DNA of 64,000 bases from Halocafeteria seosinensis. Lineage: Eukaryota. The stretch covers positions 1-64,000 of the forward strand of contig LVLI01000132.1 of NCBI GenBank assembly GCA_001687465.1. The letters run 5' to 3'. Within the stretch, counting starts at the first letter, position 1. The number at the start of each line of letters is the position of its first letter. Below are positions 61,461-64,000 of the stretch, one piece after another. Both the position numbers and the translations under genes were made by a program. A model generated the notes under the pieces. That model worked only from the letters and a program-made list of their open reading frames with translations. It was not told the origin of the DNA and did no database searches.

Positions 61461-63191
61461 ATGATGCAAAAAATCCCGGGTAGAGGGAATACAATGGGGT
61501 TGTCCAATGAACAAGGACGCTCCATTTTCGATCGCTACAGGCGCTTTCATTACGGCACCGCCGCGGCTGGGAATCAGGACGATACTAGTGCTGCACCACA
61601 GCAACAAGGGCATGATACCCAGACGAACATGGTACAGCAATCCGTGCAGAGCCATGGAAAAAGCGCCGCCGCAGCGAAACGAGGTGCGCACCACGATGAT
61701 CCCAATTCCCCCTTTCATACGCCCCGTATACGTGAAGAAAATCAATACAATCCTCCTTTAGGGTGGTCAGAAGACCCTTTCCCGTCCCCTGTCTTCTCGA
61801 CAGCAAACAGCCACGCGCAGCAGACGAACACGCGCTTTTGGTCTCCCAGCTGGAAGGAGGGCGCTAATGGAGCATCGGAAACTAACACCGTAACCCAGAT
61901 CAACACATCTGGCGATAGAAGCGGTAGCAGTAGCCATCCAGAATCCCGTGAAAAGCGGCAATCAAAAGGATCTCGTGGAAGCTCGGTGTATAATCGAACG
62001 GATGACGCGTTCGCCTTGCAACAGTATAACGCGAGTGATTCATCGTCGAAACCGATTAACAGTAATGGGCGTAGTCCTCACGGGAGTGAGGTCTCAAAAC
62101 GGCCACCATGGTCCAATGGAGGAGAAATGACAAACCCCCTGTCCTCTCCCCATGAACAGCTGCAATTCCCTTCGCACCATTTTGAACAGTTTTCATTGGA
62201 TCAGCTAATGCAGATGTACCGTGAAACTCAAGAGAGTGTGGAGCGATTGCGAGACGAAGTCGAAAAGGCGGAAGCCGACTTGCATGACGAGGCCAAGGAC
62301 GCTACTGAGCGAACACATTGGGAGAAGGAAAAGCTAAGGCGACAAAAAGAGCAACTCGAAGATTATCATTCGGAAGAAATGACCGATCTAGCGAAGATGA
62401 CTCAAATGGCCCAGCGAAAAGAAACGACAAAATTAGAATCCGCCCTTCGTGTTGCGGAGGCGAAACACCGCGATTTCTTGCAAGAACAAGCTCAGTTCTC
62501 CTCAGAAGCAGGAAATAGTCAATTTTCCGATACGGGAGAGTATCTACCCTACCCTGGTGACGACGACCATGATGACGACGTAGAGGTTTCCTCCATTGGT
62601 GATCAGAGTGCCGTGCAACGGGGTCAAGGACTGCGAAGCCCGGATATCGAGAAGAACGCCTTACCGAAAAAAGCATCGGGGAAAAAACCTGGCTCAAAGA
62701 AAGAATCGCGTCACCGAACTCTGGATGATGCTATCAAGGGTATTATCTCCACAATAAAGTCCAAAGATGAGCGTATGAGAAAACTAAGAGAAGAATGGCA
62801 GGCTTTAGAACGAACTGAAGCTGAGGCTAACGAAATGTACCGCACGGTTCGAAGAAGCCCCTCCTCGTATCGCACTAAACAAAGCTCACACGTTGCAAAC
62901 GCTGAGGGCGAAGAAATAAACCGTGAAGCAAGTTCCAATGAAGGTGAAGATACTGCCGACTCCACAGCGTATGGAATGATTGGTAGCGCTACAGCTATAC
63001 CCCCTGACTCCTCTCGCTTGTCAGGTGCTGGTGCTGCCGAAAGGAATAGAAGCCCGCTCCAGCGTGACAGTCCTCCTCCCCTGGACTCTATCAGTTACTC
63101 CTCGAAGGTTCGTCGCTACAGTAACGAATATAGTGCCGAAGTACCTTCGATAAAACAAATGCTTCACTCCGCAATGCGAAAGAAGACGTGA
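61461..63191 (+). CDS. Hypothetical disordered/coiled-coil protein
   Basis: 576-aa ORF; S/Q-rich N-terminus and E/K/R coiled-coil segments; no recognisable family. Confidence 0.65.
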   Translation: MMQKIPGRGNTMGLSNEQGRSIFDRYRRFHYGTAAAGNQDDTSAAPQQQGHDTQTNMVQQSVQSHGKSAAAAKRGAHHDDPNSPFHTPRIREENQYNPPLGWSEDPFPSPVFSTANSHAQQTNTRFWSPSWKEGANGASETNTVTQINTSGDRSGSSSHPESREKRQSKGSRGSSVYNRTDDAFALQQYNASDSSSKPINSNGRSPHGSEVSKRPPWSNGGEMTNPLSSPHEQLQFPSHHFEQFSLDQLMQMYRETQESVERLRDEVEKAEADLHDEAKDATERTHWEKEKLRRQKEQLEDYHSEEMTDLAKMTQMAQRKETTKLESALRVAEAKHRDFLQEQAQFSSEAGNSQFSDTGEYLPYPGDDDHDDDVEVSSIGDQSAVQRGQGLRSPDIEKNALPKKASGKKPGSKKESRHRTLDDAIKGIISTIKSKDERMRKLREEWQALERTEAEANEMYRTVRRSPSSYRTKQSSHVANAEGEEINREASSNEGEDTADSTAYGMIGSATAIPPDSSRLSGAGAAERNRSPLQRDSPPPLDSISYSSKVRRYSNEYSAEVPSIKQMLHSAMRKKT

Positions 63192-63398
63192 ATGTTGATA
63201 TCCGTAATTTAATGTTGCATTTTCTTCTCAAGCTGGTTGGAAAGAGTAAGTAAATAAGCCGTCTAGTAGTCAACCAACTTATAGAACTTGCACAACGAGG
63301 GACAGCTCTTATCCAATAAGAATATATTAATAGCTAACATCTATATGCTTTTCATCTATCAATAAAATCTGTGCACAGCGCCGGGCAGTGGACAATTC

Positions 63399-64000
63399 TC
63401 AGATTAGCCCCGTAAGGCTTGGGTATTCCGGTTTGTAGTTCAGTTCGTGCTTTGACAAATCAACCCAGTTGTGTTCCTTGATGTGTTTTGATTTTCGAGC
63501 ATCGAATGACTGGTCGCCATAAAGCTCTTGCAAAAAAGCAAGCATTCTCTTGAATTCCTTATGGCTATCTTTTTCCTGTATATGATGGTAAAACATCCAT
63601 GCACCGCACCCACAGTGAAAGTAAGGACCTAAGAGCTGTACACGCTGACTACATCCTATGCAAACTCCTCGGGATAGGGAATACGACCTCCCTGTAAAGG
63701 CTATAAGTCCGCGGTTAGCTTCGCTCCGTGAAAGGCTTTGGCCGCTGGAGGGAGCTGAGTAAGGGACAAGATCTAAATGAGCCCGACACGTTGGGCCGGC
63801 GCTAAAAGCCCTTCTACGCCGCGTTTCCTGTATCGTACTCGACGAGCTACTCACACTGGACATTTCCAGCGTTTCGTCTTCGTCACAGTCCTGGGCCTCT
63901 TCCGAGAGTTCGGGAGGGTTCTTTCCGTATTTCCATATAAAATTGGTGTCCACAGTGTGACTTCTCATTTCCCTCGGCCGGCTGCTATCAAGTGGAGACT
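63399..64000 (-). CDS. C-terminal part of a hypothetical protein with a possible zinc-binding motif; frame open to the window end
   Basis: No stop codon between 64000 and 63402 in frame; CIGC...HCGCG..YHH motif. Confidence 0.5.
   Translation of the reverse strand, partial: SPLDSSRPREMRSHTVDTNFIWKYGKNPPELSEEAQDCDEDETLEMSSVSSSSSTIQETRRRRAFSAGPTCRAHLDLVPYSAPSSGQSLSRSEANRGLIAFTGRSYSLSRGVCIGCSQRVQLLGPYFHCGCGAWMFYHHIQEKDSHKEFKRMLAFLQELYGDQSFDARKSKHIKEHNWVDLSKHELNYKPEYPSLTGLI

Noticed and set aside
1..64000. tRNA, rRNA, telomeric repeats or an autonomous transposase/RT gene
   Set aside because: None recognised by eye; tRNAscan-SE, Infernal and TE profile searches would be needed to exclude them formally.

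Overview
Gene-dense eukaryotic genomic DNA (about 48-50% GC by eye, standard code, mostly 55-80 nt GT-AG introns), most likely a flagellated protist given the FAM161 and EFCAB10-like ciliary genes. About 22 genes can be modelled. Recognisable ones are mitochondrial RRF, TFIIH p34 and p62, p47/UBX, exportin-2/CSE1, MRPL3, FAM161, two EHD-like dynamins, an SLC35D transporter, PA2G4/EBP1, an ankyrin protein, a GH31 alpha-glucosidase, Cdc25 and an ICMT-like protein. The most unusual parts are: (1) a 7.7-kb block (45.3-53.1 kb) bounded by a 19-bp direct repeat, holding one intact and one broken Crinkler/RHS-like P-loop NTPase + PD-(D/E)xK nuclease gene interleaved with scrambled copies of the neighbouring p62 gene; (2) an intron-containing gene joining a nuclear chromatin-type N-terminus to a DUF3427/SRA-like domain known mainly from bacterial restriction systems; (3) a dispersed ~100-135-bp structured repeat that ends at a TG tract; (4) a head-to-head pair of membrane-anchored EHD-like ATPases, one lacking the G4 motif; (5) a candidate H/ACA RNA in an oversized PA2G4 intron. 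All family calls come from motif recognition by eye; no database searches were run.
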